Under the pieces are notes generated by a model. It saw nothing but the letters and a program-made list of their open reading frames with translations, ran no database searches and was not told the origin of the DNA. Source: the human T2T-CHM13v2.0 reference genome, Homo sapiens. Taken from it: 64,000 nt of DNA. Made by a program: the position numbers and the translations under genes. The stretch lies in NCBI RefSeq assembly GCF_009914755.1, contig NC_060941.1; one strand, written 5' to 3'. This document shows positions 42,001 through 57,000 of this stretch, one piece after another. Every line of letters starts with the position of its first letter. The stretch's first letter is position 1.

Positions 42001-45000
42001 TTTCGTTGGAAACGGAATCATCTTCACATAAAAACTATACAGATGCATTCTCAGGAACTTTTTGGTGATGTTTGTATTCAACTCCCAGAGTTGAACTTTC
42101 CTTTGGAAAGAGCAGCTATGAAACACTCTTTTTCTAGAATCTGCAAGTGGACGTTTGGAGGGCTTTGTGGTTTGTGGTGGAAAAGGAAATATCTTCACCT
42201 AAATACTAGATAGAAGCATTCTCAGAAACTGCTTTGTGATGATTGCATTCACCTCACAGAGTTGAACATTCCTATTGATAGAGCAGTTTGGAAACACTCT
42301 TGTTGTGGAATGTGCAAGTGGAGATTTGGAGCGCTTTGAGGCCTATGGTAGTAAAGGGAATAGCTTCATAGAAAAACTAGACAGAAGCATTCTCAGAAAA
42401 TACTTTGTGATGATTGAGTTTAACTCACAGAGCTGAACATTCCTTTGGATGGAGCAGGTTTGAGACACACTTTTTGTAGAATCTACAAGTGGATATTTGG
42501 ACCTCTCTGAGGATTTCGTTGGAAACGGGATAACTGCACCTAACTAAACGGAAGCATTCTCAGAAACTTCTTGGTGATGTTTGCATTCAAATCCCAGAGT
42601 TGAACCTTCCTTTGATAGTTCAGGTTTGAAACACTCTTTTTGTAGGATCTGCAAGTGGATATTTGGACCACTCTGTGGCCTTCGTTCGAAACGGGTATAT
42701 CTTCGCATAAAATCTAGACAGAAGCCTTCTCAGAAACTTCTCTGTGATGATTGCATTCAACTCACAGAGTTGAACCCTCCTATGGATAGAGCAGTGTTGA
42801 AACTCTCTTTTTGTGGAATCTGCAAGTGGATATGTGGACCTCTCCGAAGATGTCTTTGGAAACGGGAATATCTTCACATAAAAACTAAACAGAAGCATTC
42901 TCAGAAACTTCTCTGTGATGTTTGTGTTCAACTCCCAGAGTTTCACATTGCTTTTCATAGAGTAGTTCTGAAACATGCTTTTCGTAGTGTCTACAAGTGG
43001 ACATTTGGAGCGCTTTCAGGCCTGTGGTGGAAAACGAATTATGGTCACATAAAAACTGGAGAGAAGCATTGTCAGAAACTTCTTTGTGATGATTGCATTC
43101 AACTCACAGAGTTGAAGGTTCCTTTTCAAAGAGCAGTTTCCAATCACTCTTTCTGTGGAATCTGCAAGTGGATATTTGGACCTATTTTGAAGATTTCGTT
43201 GGAAACGGGAGAATCTTCACAGGAAAGCTAAACAGAAGCATTCTCAGAAACTTCTTTGTGATGCTTGCATTCAACTCACAGAGTTGAACTTTCCTTTCGA
43301 GAGAGAAGCTTTGAAACACTCTTTTTCCAGAATCTGCAAGTGGACATTTGGAGGGCTTTGAGGCCTGTGGTGGAAAAGGAATTATCTTCCCGTAAAAGCT
43401 AGATAGAAGCATTCTCAGAAACTACTTTGTGATGATTGCATTCAAGTCACAGAGTTGAACATTCCCTTTGACAGAGCAGTTTGGAAACTCTCTTTGTGTA
43501 GAATCTGCAAGTGGAGATATGGACCGCTTTGAGGCCTATGGTAGTAAAGGAAATAGCTTCATATAAAAGCTAGACAGTAGCATTCACAGAAAACTCTTGG
43601 TGACGACTGAGTTTAACTCACAGAGCTGAACATTCCTTTGGATGGAGCAGTTTCGAAACACACTATTTGTAGAATGTGCAAGTGGATATTTAGGCCTCTC
43701 TGAGGATTTCGTTGGAAACGGGATAAACCGCACAGAACTAAACAGAAGCATTCTCAGAACCTTCTTCGTGATGTTTGCATTCAACTCACAGTGTTGAACC
43801 TTTCTTTGATAGTTCAGGTTTGAAACGGTCTTTCTGTAGAAACTGCAAGTAGATATTTGGACCTCTCTGAGGATTTCGTTGGAAACGGGATAACCCGCAC
43901 AGAACTAAAACAGAAGCATTCTCAGAACCCTCTTCGTGATGTTTGCATTCAACTCACAGTGCTGAACCTTTCTTTGATAGTTCAGCTTTGAAACACTCTT
44001 TTTGTAGAAACTGCAAGTGGATATTTGGTCCTCTCTGAGCATTTCGTTGGAAACGGGATAAACTGCACAGAACTAAACAGAAGCATTCTCAGAACCTTCT
44101 TCGTGATGTCTGCATTCAACTCACAGTGTGGAACCTTTCTTTGATAGTTCAGGTTTGAAACACTCTTTCTGTAGAAACTGCAAGGGGATAATTGCACTCT
44201 TTGAGGAGTACCGTAGTAAAGGAAATAACTTCCTATAAAAAGAAGACAGAAGCTTTCTCAGAAAATTCTTTGGGATGATTGAGTTGAACTCACAGAGCTG
44301 AGCATTCCTTGCGATGTAGCAGTTTAGAAACACACTTTCTGCAGAATCTGCAAGTGCATATTTGGACCTCTGTGAGGAATTCGTTGGAAACGGGATAATT
44401 TCAGCTGACTAAACAGAAGCAGTCTCAGAATCTTCTTTGTGATGTTTGCATTCAAATCCCCGAGTTGAACTTTCCTTTCAAAGTTCACGTTTGAAACACT
44501 CTTTTTGCAGGATCTACAAGTGGATATTTGGACCACTCTGTGTCCTTCGTTCGAAACGGGTATATCTTCACATGACATCTAGACAGAAGCATCCTCAGAA
44601 GCTTCTCTGTGATGACTGCATTCAACTCACGGAGTTGAACACTCCTTTTGAGAGCGCAGTTTTGAAACTCTCTTTCTGTGGCATCTGCAAGGGGACATGT
44701 AGACCTCTTTGAAGATTTCGTTGGAAACGGAATCATCTTCACATAAAAACTATACAGATGCATTCTCAGGAACTTTTTGGTGATGTTTGTATTCAACTCC
44801 CAGAGTTGAACTTTCCTTTGGAAAGAGCAGCTATGAAACACTCTTTTTCTAGAATCTGCAAGTGGACGTTTGGAGGGCTTTGTGGTTTGTGGTGGAAAAG
44901 GAAATATCTTCACCTCAATACTAGATAGAAGCATTCTCAGAAACTGCTTTGTGATGATTGCATTCACCTCACAGAGTTGAACATTCCTATTGATAGAGCA

Positions 45001-48000
45001 GTTTGGAAACACTCTTGTTGTGGAATGTGCAAGTGGAGATTTGGAGCGCTTTGAGGCCTATGGTAGTAAAGGGAATAGCTTCATAGAAAAACTAGACAGA
45101 AGCATTCTCAGAAAATACTTTGTGATGATTGAGTTTAACTCACAGAGCTGAACATTCCTTTGGATGGAGCAGGTTTGAGACACACTTTTTGTAGAATCTA
45201 CAAGTGGATATTTGGACCTCTCTGAGGATTTCGTTGGAAACGGGATAACTGCACCTAACTAAACGGAAGCATTCTCAGAAACTTCTTGGTGATGTTTGCA
45301 TTCAAATCCCAGAGTTGAACCTTCCTTTGATAGTTCAGGTTTGAAACACTCTTTTTGTAGGATCTGCAAGTGGATATTTGGACCACTCTGTGGCCTTCGT
45401 TCGAAACGGGTATATCTTCGCATAAAATCTAGACAGAAGCCTTCTCAGAAACTTCTCTGTGATGATTGCATTCAACTCACAGAGTTGAACCCTCCTATGG
45501 ATAGAGCAGTGTTGAAACTCTCTTTTTGTGGAATCTGCAAGTGGATATGTGGACCTCTCCGAAGATGTCTTTGGAAACGGGAATATCTTCACATAAAAAC
45601 TAAACAGAAGCATTCTCAGAAACTTCTCTGTGATGTTTGTGTTCAACTCCCAGAGTTTCACATTGCTTTTCATAGAGTAGTTCTGAAACATGCTTTTCGT
45701 AGTGTCTACAAGTGGACATTTGGAGCGCTTTCAGGCCTGTGGTGGAAAACGAATTATGGTCACATAAAAACTGGAGAGAAGCATTGTCAGAAACTTCTTT
45801 GTGATGATTGCATTCAACTCACAGAGTTGAAGGTTCCTTTTCAAAGAGCAGTTTCCAATCACTCTTTGTGTGGAATCTGCAAGTGGATATTTGGACCTAT
45901 TTTGAAGATTTCGTTGGAAACGGGAGAATCTTCACAGGAAAGCTAAACAGAAGCATTCTCAGAAACTTCTTTGTGATGCTTGCATTCAACTCACAGAGTT
46001 GAACTTTCCTTTCGAGAGAGAAGCTTTGAAACACTCTTTTTCCAGAATCTGCAAGTGGACATTTGGAGGGCTTTGAGGCCTGTGGTGGAAAAGGAATTAT
46101 CTTCCCGTAAAAGCTAGATAGAAGCATTCTCAGAAACTACTTTGTGATGATTGCATTCAAGTCACAGAGTTGAACATTCCCTTTGACAGAGCAGTTTGGA
46201 AACTCTCTTTGTGTAGAATCTGCAAGTGGAGATACGGACCGCTTTGAGGCCTATGGTAGTAAAGGAAATAGCTTCATATAAAAGCTAGACAGTAGCATTC
46301 ACAGAAAACTCTTGGTGACGACTGAGTTTAACTCACAGAGCTGAACATTCCTTTGGATGGAGCAGTTTCGAAACACACTATTTGTAGAATGTGCAAGTGG
46401 ATATTTAGGCCTCTCTGAGGATTTCGTTGGAAACGGGATAAACCGCACAGAACTAAACAGAAGCATTCTCAGAACCTTCTTCGTGATGTTTGCATTCAAC
46501 TCACAGTGTTGAACCTTTCTTTGATAGTTCAGGTTTGAAACGGTCTTTCTGTAGAAACTGCAAGTAGATATTTGGACCTCTCTGAGGATTTCGTTGGAAA
46601 CGGGATAACCCGCACAGAACTAAAACAGAAGCATTCTCAGAACCCTCTTCGTGATGTTTGCATTCAACTCACAGTGCTGAACCTTTCTTTGATAGTTCAG
46701 CTTTGAAACACTCTTTTTGTAGAAACTGCAAGTGGATATTTGGTCCTCTCTGAGGATTTCGTTGGAAACGGGATAAACTGCACAGAACTAAACAGAAGCA
46801 TTCTCAGAACCTTCTTCGTGATGTCTGCATTCAACTCACAGTGTGGAACCTTTCTTTGATAGTTCAGGTTTGAAACACTCTTTCTGTAGAAACTGCAAGG
46901 GGATAATTGCACTCTTTGAGGAGTACCGTAGTAAAGGAAATAACTTCCTATAAAAAGAAGACAGAAGCTTTCTCAGAAAATTCTTTGGGATGATTGAGTT
47001 GAACTCACAGAGCTGAGCATTCCTTGCGATGTAGCAGTTTAGAAACACACTTTCTGCAGAATCTGCAAGTGCATATTTGGACCTCTGTGAGGAATTCGTT
47101 GGAAACGGGATAATTTCAGCTGACTAAACAGAAGCAGTCTCAGAATCTTCTTTGTGATGTTTGCATTCAAATCCCCGAGTTGAACTTTCCTTTCAAAGTT
47201 CACGTTTGAAACACTCTTTTTGCAGGATCTACAAGTGGATATTTGGACCACTCTGTGTCCTTCGTTCGAAACGGGTATATCTTCACATGACATCTAGACA
47301 GAAGCATCCTCAGAAGCTTCTCTGTGATGACTGCATTCAACTCACGGAGTTGAACACTCCTTTTGAGAGCGCAGTTTTGAAACTCTCTTTCTGTGGCATC
47401 TGCAAGGGGACATGTAGACCTCTTTGAAGATTTCGTTGGAAACGGAATCATCTTCACATAAAAACTATACAGATGCATTCTCAGGAACTTTTTGGTGATG
47501 TTTGTATTCAACTCCCAGAGTTGAACTTTCCTTTGGAAAGAGCAGCTATGAAACACTCTTTTTCTAGAATCTGCAAGTGGACGTTTGGAGGGCTTTGTGG
47601 TTTGTGGTGGAAAAGGAAATATCTTCACCTAAATACTAGATAGAAGCATTCTCAGAAACTGCTTTGTGATGATTGCATTCACCTCACAGAGTTGAACATT
47701 CCTATTGATAGAGCAGTTTGGAAACACTCTTGTTGTGGAATGTGCAAGTGGAGATTTGGAGCGCTTTGAGGCCTATGGTAGTAAAGGGAATAGCTTCATA
47801 GAAAAACTAGACAGAAGCATTCTCAGAAAATACTTTGTGATGATTGAGTTTAACTCACAGAGCTGAACATTCCTTTGGATGGAGCAGGTTTGAGACACAC
47901 TTTTTGTAGAATCTACAAGTGGATATTTGGACCTCTCTGAGGATTTCGTTGGAAACGGGATAACTGCACCTAACTAAACGGAAGCATTCTCAGAAACTTC

Positions 48001-51000
48001 TTGGTGATGTTTGCATTCAAATCCCAGAGTTGAACCTTCCTTTGATAGTTCAGGTTTGAAACACTCTTTTTGTAGGATCTGCAAGTGGATATTTGGACCA
48101 CTCTGTGGCCTTCGTTCGAAACGGGTATATCTTCGCATAAAATCTAGACAGAAGCCTTCTCAGAAACTTCTCTGTGATGATTGCATTCAACTCACAGAGT
48201 TGAACCCTCCTATGGATAGAGCAGTGTTGAAACTCTCTTTTTGTGGAATCTGCAAGTGGATATGTGGACCTCTCCGAAGATGTCTTTGGAAACGGGAATA
48301 TCTTCACATAAAAACTAAACAGAAGCATTCTCAGAAACTTCTCTGTGATGTTTGTGTTCAACTCCCAGAGTTTCACATTGCTTTTCATAGAGTAGTTCTG
48401 AAACATGCTTTTCGTAGTGTCTACAAGTGGACATTTGGAGCGCTTTCAGGCCTGTGGTGGAAAACGAATTATGGTCACATAAAAACTGGAGAGAAGCATT
48501 GTCAGAAACTTCTTTGTGATGATTGCATTCAACTCACAGAGTTGAAGGTTCCTTTTCAAAGAGCAGTTTCCAATCACTCTTTGTGTGGAATCTGCAAGTG
48601 GATATTTGGACCTATTTTGAAGATTTCGTTGGAAACGGGAGAATCTTCACAGGAAAGCTAAACAGAAGCATTCTCAGAAACTTCTTTGTGATGCTTGCAT
48701 TCAACTCACAGAGTTGAACTTTCCTTTCGAGAGAGAAGCTTTGAAACACTCTTTTTCCAGAATCTGCAAGTGGACATTTGGAGGGCTTTGAGGCCTGTGG
48801 TGGAAAAGGAATTATCTTCCCGTAAAAGCTAGATAGAAGCATTCTCAGAAACTACTTTGTGATGATTGCATTCAAGTCACAGAGTTGAACATTCCCTTTG
48901 ACAGAGCAGTTTGGAAACTCTCTTTGTGTGGAATCTGCAAGTGGAGATACGGACCGCTTTGAGGCCTATGGTAGTAAAGGAAATAGCTTCATATAAAAGC
49001 TAGACAGTAGCATTCACAGAAAACTCTTGGTGACGACTGAGTTTAACTCACAGAGCTGAACATTCCTTTGGATGGAGCAGTTTCGAAACACACTATTTGT
49101 AGAATGTGCAAGTGGATATTTAGGCCTCTCTGAGGATTTCGTTGGAAACGGGATAAACCGCACAGAACTAAACAGAAGCATTCTCAGAACCTTCTTCGTG
49201 ATGTTTGCATTCAACTCACAGTGTTGAACCTTTCTTTGATAGTTCAGGTTTGAAACGGTCTTTCTGTAGAAACTGCAAGTAGATATTTGGACCTCTCTGA
49301 GGATTTCGTTGGAAACGGGATAACCCGCACAGAACTAAAACAGAAGCATTCTCAGAACCCTCTTCGTGATGTTTGCATTCAACTCACAGTGCTGAACCTT
49401 TCTTTGATAGTTCAGCTTTGAAACACTCTTTTTGTAGAAACTGCAAGTGGATATTTGGTCCTCTCTGAGCATTTCGTTGGAAACGGGATAAACTGCACAG
49501 AACTAAACAGAAGCATTCTCAGAACCTTCTTCGTGATGTCTGCATTCAACTCACAGTGTGGAACCTTTCTTTGATAGTTCAGGTTTGAAACACTCTTTCT
49601 GTAGAAACTGCAAGGGGATAATTGCACTCTTTGAGGAGTACCGTAGTAAAGGAAATAACTTCCTATAAAAAGAAGACAGAAGCTTTCTCAGAAAATTCTT
49701 TGGGATGATTGAGTTGAACTCACAGGGCTGAGCATTCCTTGCGATGTAGCAGTTTAGAAACACACTTTCTGCAGAATCTGCAAGTGCATATTTGGACCTC
49801 TGTGAGGAATTCGTTGGAAACGGGATAATTTCAGCTGACTAAACAGAAGCAGTCTCAGAATCTTCTTTGTGATGTTTGCATTCAAATCCCCGAGTTGAAC
49901 TTTCCTTTCAAAGTTCACGTTTGAAACACTCTTTTTGCAGGATCTACAAGTGGATATTTGGACCACTCTGTGTCCTTCGTTCGAAACGGGTATATCTTCA
50001 CATGACATCTAGACAGAAGCATCCTCAGAAGCTTCTCTGTGATGACTGCATTCAACTCACGGAGTTGAACACTCCTTTTGAGAGCGCAGTTTTGAAACTC
50101 TCTTTCTGTGGCATCTGCAAGGGGACATGTAGACCTCTTTGAAGATTTCGTTGGAAACGGAATCATCTTCACATAAAAACTATACAGATGCATTCTCAGG
50201 AACTTTTTGGTGATGTTTGTATTCAACTCCCAGAGTTGAACTTTCCTTTGGAAAGAGCAGCTATGAAACACTCTTTTTCTAGAATCTGCAAGTGGACGTT
50301 TGGAGGGCTTTGTGGTTTGTGGTGGAAAAGGAAATATCTTCACCTAAATACTAGATAGAAGCATTCTCAGAAACTGCTTTGTGATGATTGCATTCACCTC
50401 ACAGAGTTGAACATTCCTATTGATAGAGCAGTTTGGAAACACTCTTGTTGTGGAATGTGCAAGTGGAGATTTGGAGCGCTTTGAGGCCTATGGTAGTAAA
50501 GGGAATAGCTTCATAGAAAAACTAGACAGAAGCATTCTCAGAAAATACTTTGTGATGATTGAGTTTAACTCACAGAGCTGAACATTCCTTTGGATGGAGC
50601 AGGTTTGAGACACACTTTTTGTAGAATCTACAAGTGGATATTTGGACCTCTCTGAGGATTTCGTTGGAAACGGGATAACTGCACCTAACTAAACGGAAGC
50701 ATTCTCAGAAACTTCTTGGTGATGTTTGCATTCAAATCCCAGAGTTGAACCTTCCTTTGATAGTTCAGGTTTGAAACACTCTTTTTGTAGGATCTGCAAG
50801 TGGATATTTGGACCACTCTGTGGCCTTCGTTCGAAACGGGTATATCTTCGCATAAAATCTAGACAGAAGCCTTCTCAGAAACTTCTCTGTGATGATTGCA
50901 TTCAACTCACAGAGTTGAACCCTCCTATGGATAGAGCAGTGTTGAAACTCTCTTTTTGTGGAATCTGCAAGTGGATATGTGGACCTCTCCGAAGATGTCT

Positions 51001-54000
51001 TTGGAAACGGGAATATCTTCACATAAAAACTAAACAGAAGCATTCTCAGAAACTTCTCTGTGATGTTTGTGTTCAACTCCCAGAGTTTCACATTGCTTTT
51101 CATAGAGTAGTTCTGAAACATGCTTTTCGTAGTGTCTACAAGTGGACATTTGGAGCGCTTTCAGGCCTGTGGTGGAAAACGAATTATGGTCACATAAAAA
51201 CTGGAGAGAAGCATTGTCAGAAACTTCTTTGTGATGATTGCATTCAACTCACAGAGTTGAAGGTTCCTTTTCAAAGAGCAGTTTCCAATCACTCTTTCTG
51301 TGGAATCTGCAAGTGGATATTTGGACCTATTTTGAAGATTTCGTTGGAAACGGGAGAATCTTCACAGGAAAGCTAAACAGAAGCATTCTCAGAAACTTCT
51401 TTGTGATGCTTGCATTCAACTCACAGAGTTGAACTTTCCTTTCGAGAGAGAAGCTTTGAAACACTCTTTTTCCAGAATCTGCAAGTGGACATTTGGAGGG
51501 CTTTGAGGCCTGTGGTGGAAAAGGAATTATCTTCCCGTAAAAGCTAGATAGAAGCATTCTCAGAAACTACTTTGTGATGATTGCATTCAAGTCACAGAGT
51601 TGAACATTCCCTTTGACAGAGCAGTTTGGAAACTCTCTTTGTGTAGAATCTGCAAGTGGAGATACGGACCGCTTTGAGGCCTATGGTAGTAAAGGAAATA
51701 GCTTCATATAAAAGCTAGACAGTAGCATTCACAGAAAACTCTTGGTGACGACTGAGTTTAACTCACAGAGCTGAACATTCCTTTGGATGGAGCAGTTTCG
51801 AAACACACTATTTGTAGAATGTGCAAGTGGATATTTAGGCCTCTCTGAGGATTTCGTTGGAAACGGGATAAACCGCACAGAACTAAACAGAAGCATTCTC
51901 AGAACCTTCTTCGTGATGTTTGCATTCAACTCACAGTGTTGAACCTTTCTTTGATAGTTCAGGTTTGAAACGGTCTTTCTGTAGAAACTGCAAGTAGATA
52001 TTTGGACCTCTCTGAGGATTTCGTTGGAAACGGGATAACCCGCACAGAACTAAAACAGAAGCATTCTCAGAACCCTCTTCGTGATGTTTGCATTCAACTC
52101 ACAGTGCTGAACCTTTCTTTGATAGTTCAGCTTTGAAACACTCTTTTTGTAGAAACTGCAAGTGGATATTTGGTCCTCTCTGAGCATTTCGTTGGAAACG
52201 GGATAAACTGCACAGAACTAAACAGAAGCATTCTCAGAACCTTCTTCGTGATGTCTGCATTCAACTCACAGTGTGGAACCTTTCTTTGATAGTTCAGGTT
52301 TGAAACACTCTTTCTGTAGAAACTGCAAGGGGATAATTGCACTCTTTGAGGAGTACCGTAGTAAAGGAAATAACTTCCTATAAAAAGAAGACAGAAGCTT
52401 TCTCAGAAAATTCTTTGGGATGATTGAGTTGAACTCACAGAGCTGAGCATTCCTTGCGATGTAGCAGTTTAGAAACACACTTTCTGCAGAATCTGCAAGT
52501 GCATATTTGGACCTCTGTGAGGAATTCGTTGGAAACGGGATAATTTCAGCTGACTAAACAGAAGCAGTCTCAGAATCTTCTTTGTGATGTTTGCATTCAA
52601 ATCCCCGAGTTGAACTTTCCTTTCAAAGTTCACGTTTGAAACACTCTTTTTGCAGGATCTACAAGTGGATATTTGGACCACTCTGTGTCCTTCGTTCGAA
52701 ACGGGTATATCTTCACATGACATCTAGACAGAAGCATCCTCAGAAGCTTCTCTGTGATGACTGCATTCAACTCACGGAGTTGAACACTCCTTTTGAGAGC
52801 GCAGTTTTGAAACTCTCTTTCTGTGGCATCTGCAAGGGGACATGTAGACCTCTTTGAAGATTTCGTTGGAAACGGAATCATCTTCACATAAAAACTATAC
52901 AGATGCATTCTCAGGAACTTTTTGGTGATGTTTGTATTCAACTCCCAGAGTTGAACTTTCCTTTGGAAAGAGCAGCTATGAAACACTCTTTTTCTAGAAT
53001 CTGCAAGTGGACGTTTGGAGGGCTTTGTGGTTTGTGGTGGAAAAGGAAATATCTTCACCTAAATACTAGATAGAAGCATTCTCAGAAACTGCTTTGTGAT
53101 GATTGCATTCACCTCACAGAGTTGAACATTCCTATTGATAGAGCAGTTTGGAAACACTCTTGTTGTGGAATGTGCAAGTGGAGATTTGGAGCGCTTTGAG
53201 GCCTATGGTAGTAAAGGGAATAGCTTCATAGAAAAACTAGACAGAAGCATTCTCAGAAAATACTTTGTGATGATTGAGTTTAACTCACAGAGCTGAACAT
53301 TCCTTTGGATGGAGCAGGTTTGAGACACACTTTTTGTAGAATCTACAAGTGGATATTTGGACCTCTCTGAGGATTTCGTTGGAAACGGGATAACTGCACC
53401 TAACTAAACGGAAGCATTCTCAGAAACTTCTTGGTGATGTTTGCATTCAAATCCCAGAGTTGAACCTTCCTTTGATAGTTCAGGTTTGAAACACTCTTTT
53501 TGTAGGATCTGCAAGTGGATATTTGGACCACTCTGTGGCCTTCGTTCGAAACGGGTATATCTTCGCATAAAATCTAGACAGAAGCCTTCTCAGAAACTTC
53601 TCTGTGATGATTGCATTCAACTCACAGAGTTGAACCCTCCTATGGATAGAGCAGTGTTGAAACTCTCTTTTTGTGGAATCTGCAAGTGGATATGTGGACC
53701 TCTCCGAAGATGTCTTTGGAAACGGGAATATCTTCACATAAAAACTAAACAGAAGCATTCTCAGAAACTTCTCTGTGATGTTTGTGTTCAACTCCCAGAG
53801 TTTCACATTGCTTTTCATAGAGTAGTTCTGAAACATGCTTTTCGTAGTGTCTACAAGTGGACATTTGGAGCGCTTTCAGGCCTGTGGTGGAAAACGAATT
53901 ATGGTCACATAAAAACTGGAGAGAAGCATTGTCAGAAACTTCTTTGTGATGATTGCATTCAACTCACAGAGTTGAAGGTTCCTTTTCAAAGAGCAGTTTC

Positions 54001-57000
54001 CAATCACTCTTTGTGTGGAATCTGCAAGTGGATATTTGGACCTATTTTGAAGATTTCGTTGGAAACGGGAGAATCTTCACAGGAAAGCTAAACAGAAGCA
54101 TTCTCAGAAACTTCTTTGTGATGCTTGCATTCAACTCACAGAGTTGAACTTTCCTTTCGAGAGAGAAGCTTTGAAACACTCTTTTTCCAGAATCTGCAAG
54201 TGGACATTTGGAGGGCTTTGAGGCCTGTGGTGGAAAAGGAATTATCTTCCCGTAAAAGCTAGATAGAAGCATTCTCAGAAACTACTTTGTGATGATTGCA
54301 TTCAAGTCACAGAGTTGAACATTCCCTTTGACAGAGCAGTTTGGAAACTCTCTTTGTGTAGAATCTGCAAGTGGAGATACGGACCGCTTTGAGGCCTATG
54401 GTAGTAAAGGAAATAGCTTCATATAAAAGCTAGACAGTAGCATTCACAGAAAACTCTTGGTGACGACTGAGTTTAACTCACAGAGCTGAACATTCCTTTG
54501 GATGGAGCAGTTTCGAAACACACTATTTGTAGAATGTGCAAGTGGATATTTAGGCCTCTCTGAGGATTTCGTTGGAAACGGGATAAACCGCACAGAACTA
54601 AACAGAAGCATTCTCAGAACCTTCTTCGTGATGTTTGCATTCAACTCACAGTGTTGAACCTTTCTTTGATAGTTCAGGTTTGAAACGGTCTTTCTGTAGA
54701 AACTGCAAGTAGATATTTGGACCTCTCTGAGGATTTCGTTGGAAACGGGATAACCCGCACAGAACTAAAACAGAAGCATTCTCAGAACCCTCTTCGTGAT
54801 GTTTGCATTCAACTCACAGTGCTGAACCTTTCTTTGATAGTTCAGCTTTGAAACACTCTTTTTGTAGAAACTGCAAGTGGATATTTGGTCCTCTCTGAGC
54901 ATTTCGTTGGAAACGGGATAAACTGCACAGAACTAAACAGAAGCATTCTCAGAACCTTCTTCGTGATGTCTGCATTCAACTCACAGTGTGGAACCTTTCT
55001 TTGATAGTTCAGGTTTGAAACACTCTTTCTGTAGAAACTGCAAGGGGATAATTGCACTCTTTGAGGAGTACCGTAGTAAAGGAAATAACTTCCTATAAAA
55101 AGAAGACAGAAGCTTTCTCAGAAAATTCTTTGGGATGATTGAGTTGAACTCACAGAGCTGAGCATTCCTTGCGATGTAGCAGTTTAGAAACACACTTTCT
55201 GCAGAATCTGCAAGTGCATATTTGGACCTCTGTGAGGAATTCGTTGGAAACGGGATAATTTCAGCTGACTAAACAGAAGCAGTCTCAGAATCTTCTTTGT
55301 GATGTTTGCATTCAAATCCCCGAGTTGAACTTTCCTTTCAAAGTTCACGTTTGAAACACTCTTTTTGCAGGATCTACAAGTGGATATTTGGACCACTCTG
55401 TGTCCTTCGTTCGAAACGGGTATATCTTCACATGACATCTAGACAGAAGCATCCTCAGAAGCTTCTCTGTGATGACTGCATTCAACTCACGGAGTTGAAC
55501 ACTCCTTTTGAGAGCGCAGTTTTGAAACTCTCTTTCTGTGGCATCTGCAAGGGGACATGTAGACCTCTTTGAAGATTTCGTTGGAAACGGAATCATCTTC
55601 ACATAAAAACTATACAGATGCATTCTCAGGAACTTTTTGGTGATGTTTGTATTCAACTCCCAGAGTTGAACTTTCCTTTGGAAAGAGCAGCTATGAAACA
55701 CTCTTTTTCTAGAATCTGCAAGTGGACGTTTGGAGGGCTTTGTGGTTTGTGGTGGAAAAGGAAATATCTTCACCTAAATACTAGATAGAAGCATTCTCAG
55801 AAACTGCTTTGTGATGATTGCATTCACCTCACAGAGTTGAACATTCCTATTGATAGAGCAGTTTGGAAACACTCTTGTTGTGGAATGTGCAAGTGGAGAT
55901 TTGGAGCGCTTTGAGGCCTATGGTAGTAAAGGGAATAGCTTCATAGAAAAACTAGACAGAAGCATTCTCAGAAAATACTTTGTGATGATTGAGTTTAACT
56001 CACAGAGCTGAACATTCCTTTGGATGGAGCAGGTTTGAGACACACTTTTTGTAGAATCTACAAGTGGATATTTGGACCTCTCTGAGGATTTCGTTGGAAA
56101 CGGGATAACTGCACCTAACTAAACGGAAGCATTCTCAGAAACTTCTTGGTGATGTTTGCATTCAAATCCCAGAGTTGAACCTTCCTTTGATAGTTCAGGT
56201 TTGAAACACTCTTTTTGTAGGATCTGCAAGTGGATATTTGGACCACTCTGTGGCCTTCGTTCGAAACGGGTATATCTTCGCATAAAATCTAGACAGAAGC
56301 CTTCTCAGAAACTTCTCTGTGATGATTGCATTCAACTCACAGAGTTGAACCCTCCTATGGATAGAGCAGTGTTGAAACTCTCTTTTTGTGGAATCTGCAA
56401 GTGGATATGTGGACCTCTCCGAAGATGTCTTTGGAAACGGGAATATCTTCACATAAAAACTAAACAGAAGCATTCTCAGAAACTTCTCTGTGATGTTTGT
56501 GTTCAACTCCCAGAGTTTCACATTGCTTTTCATAGAGTAGTTCTGAAACATGCTTTTCGTAGTGTCTACAAGTGGACATTTGGAGCGCTTTCAGGCCTGT
56601 GGTGGAAAACGAATTATGGTCACATAAAAACTGGAGAGAAGCATTGTCAGAAACTTCTTTGTGATGATTGCATTCAACTCACAGAGTTGAAGGTTCCTTT
56701 TCAAAGAGCAGTTTCCAATCACTCTTTGTGTGGAATCTGCAAGTGGATATTTGGACCTATTTTGAAGATTTCGTTGGAAACGGGAGAATCTTCACAGGAA
56801 AGCTAAACAGAAGCATTCTCAGAAACTTCTTTGTGATGCTTGCATTCAACTCACAGAGTTGAACTTTCCTTTCGAGAGAGAAGCTTTGAAACACTCTTTT
56901 TCCAGAATCTGCAAGTGGACATTTGGAGGGCTTTGAGGCCTGTGGTGGAAAAGGAATTATCTTCCCGTAAAAGCTAGATAGAAGCATTCTCAGAAACTAC

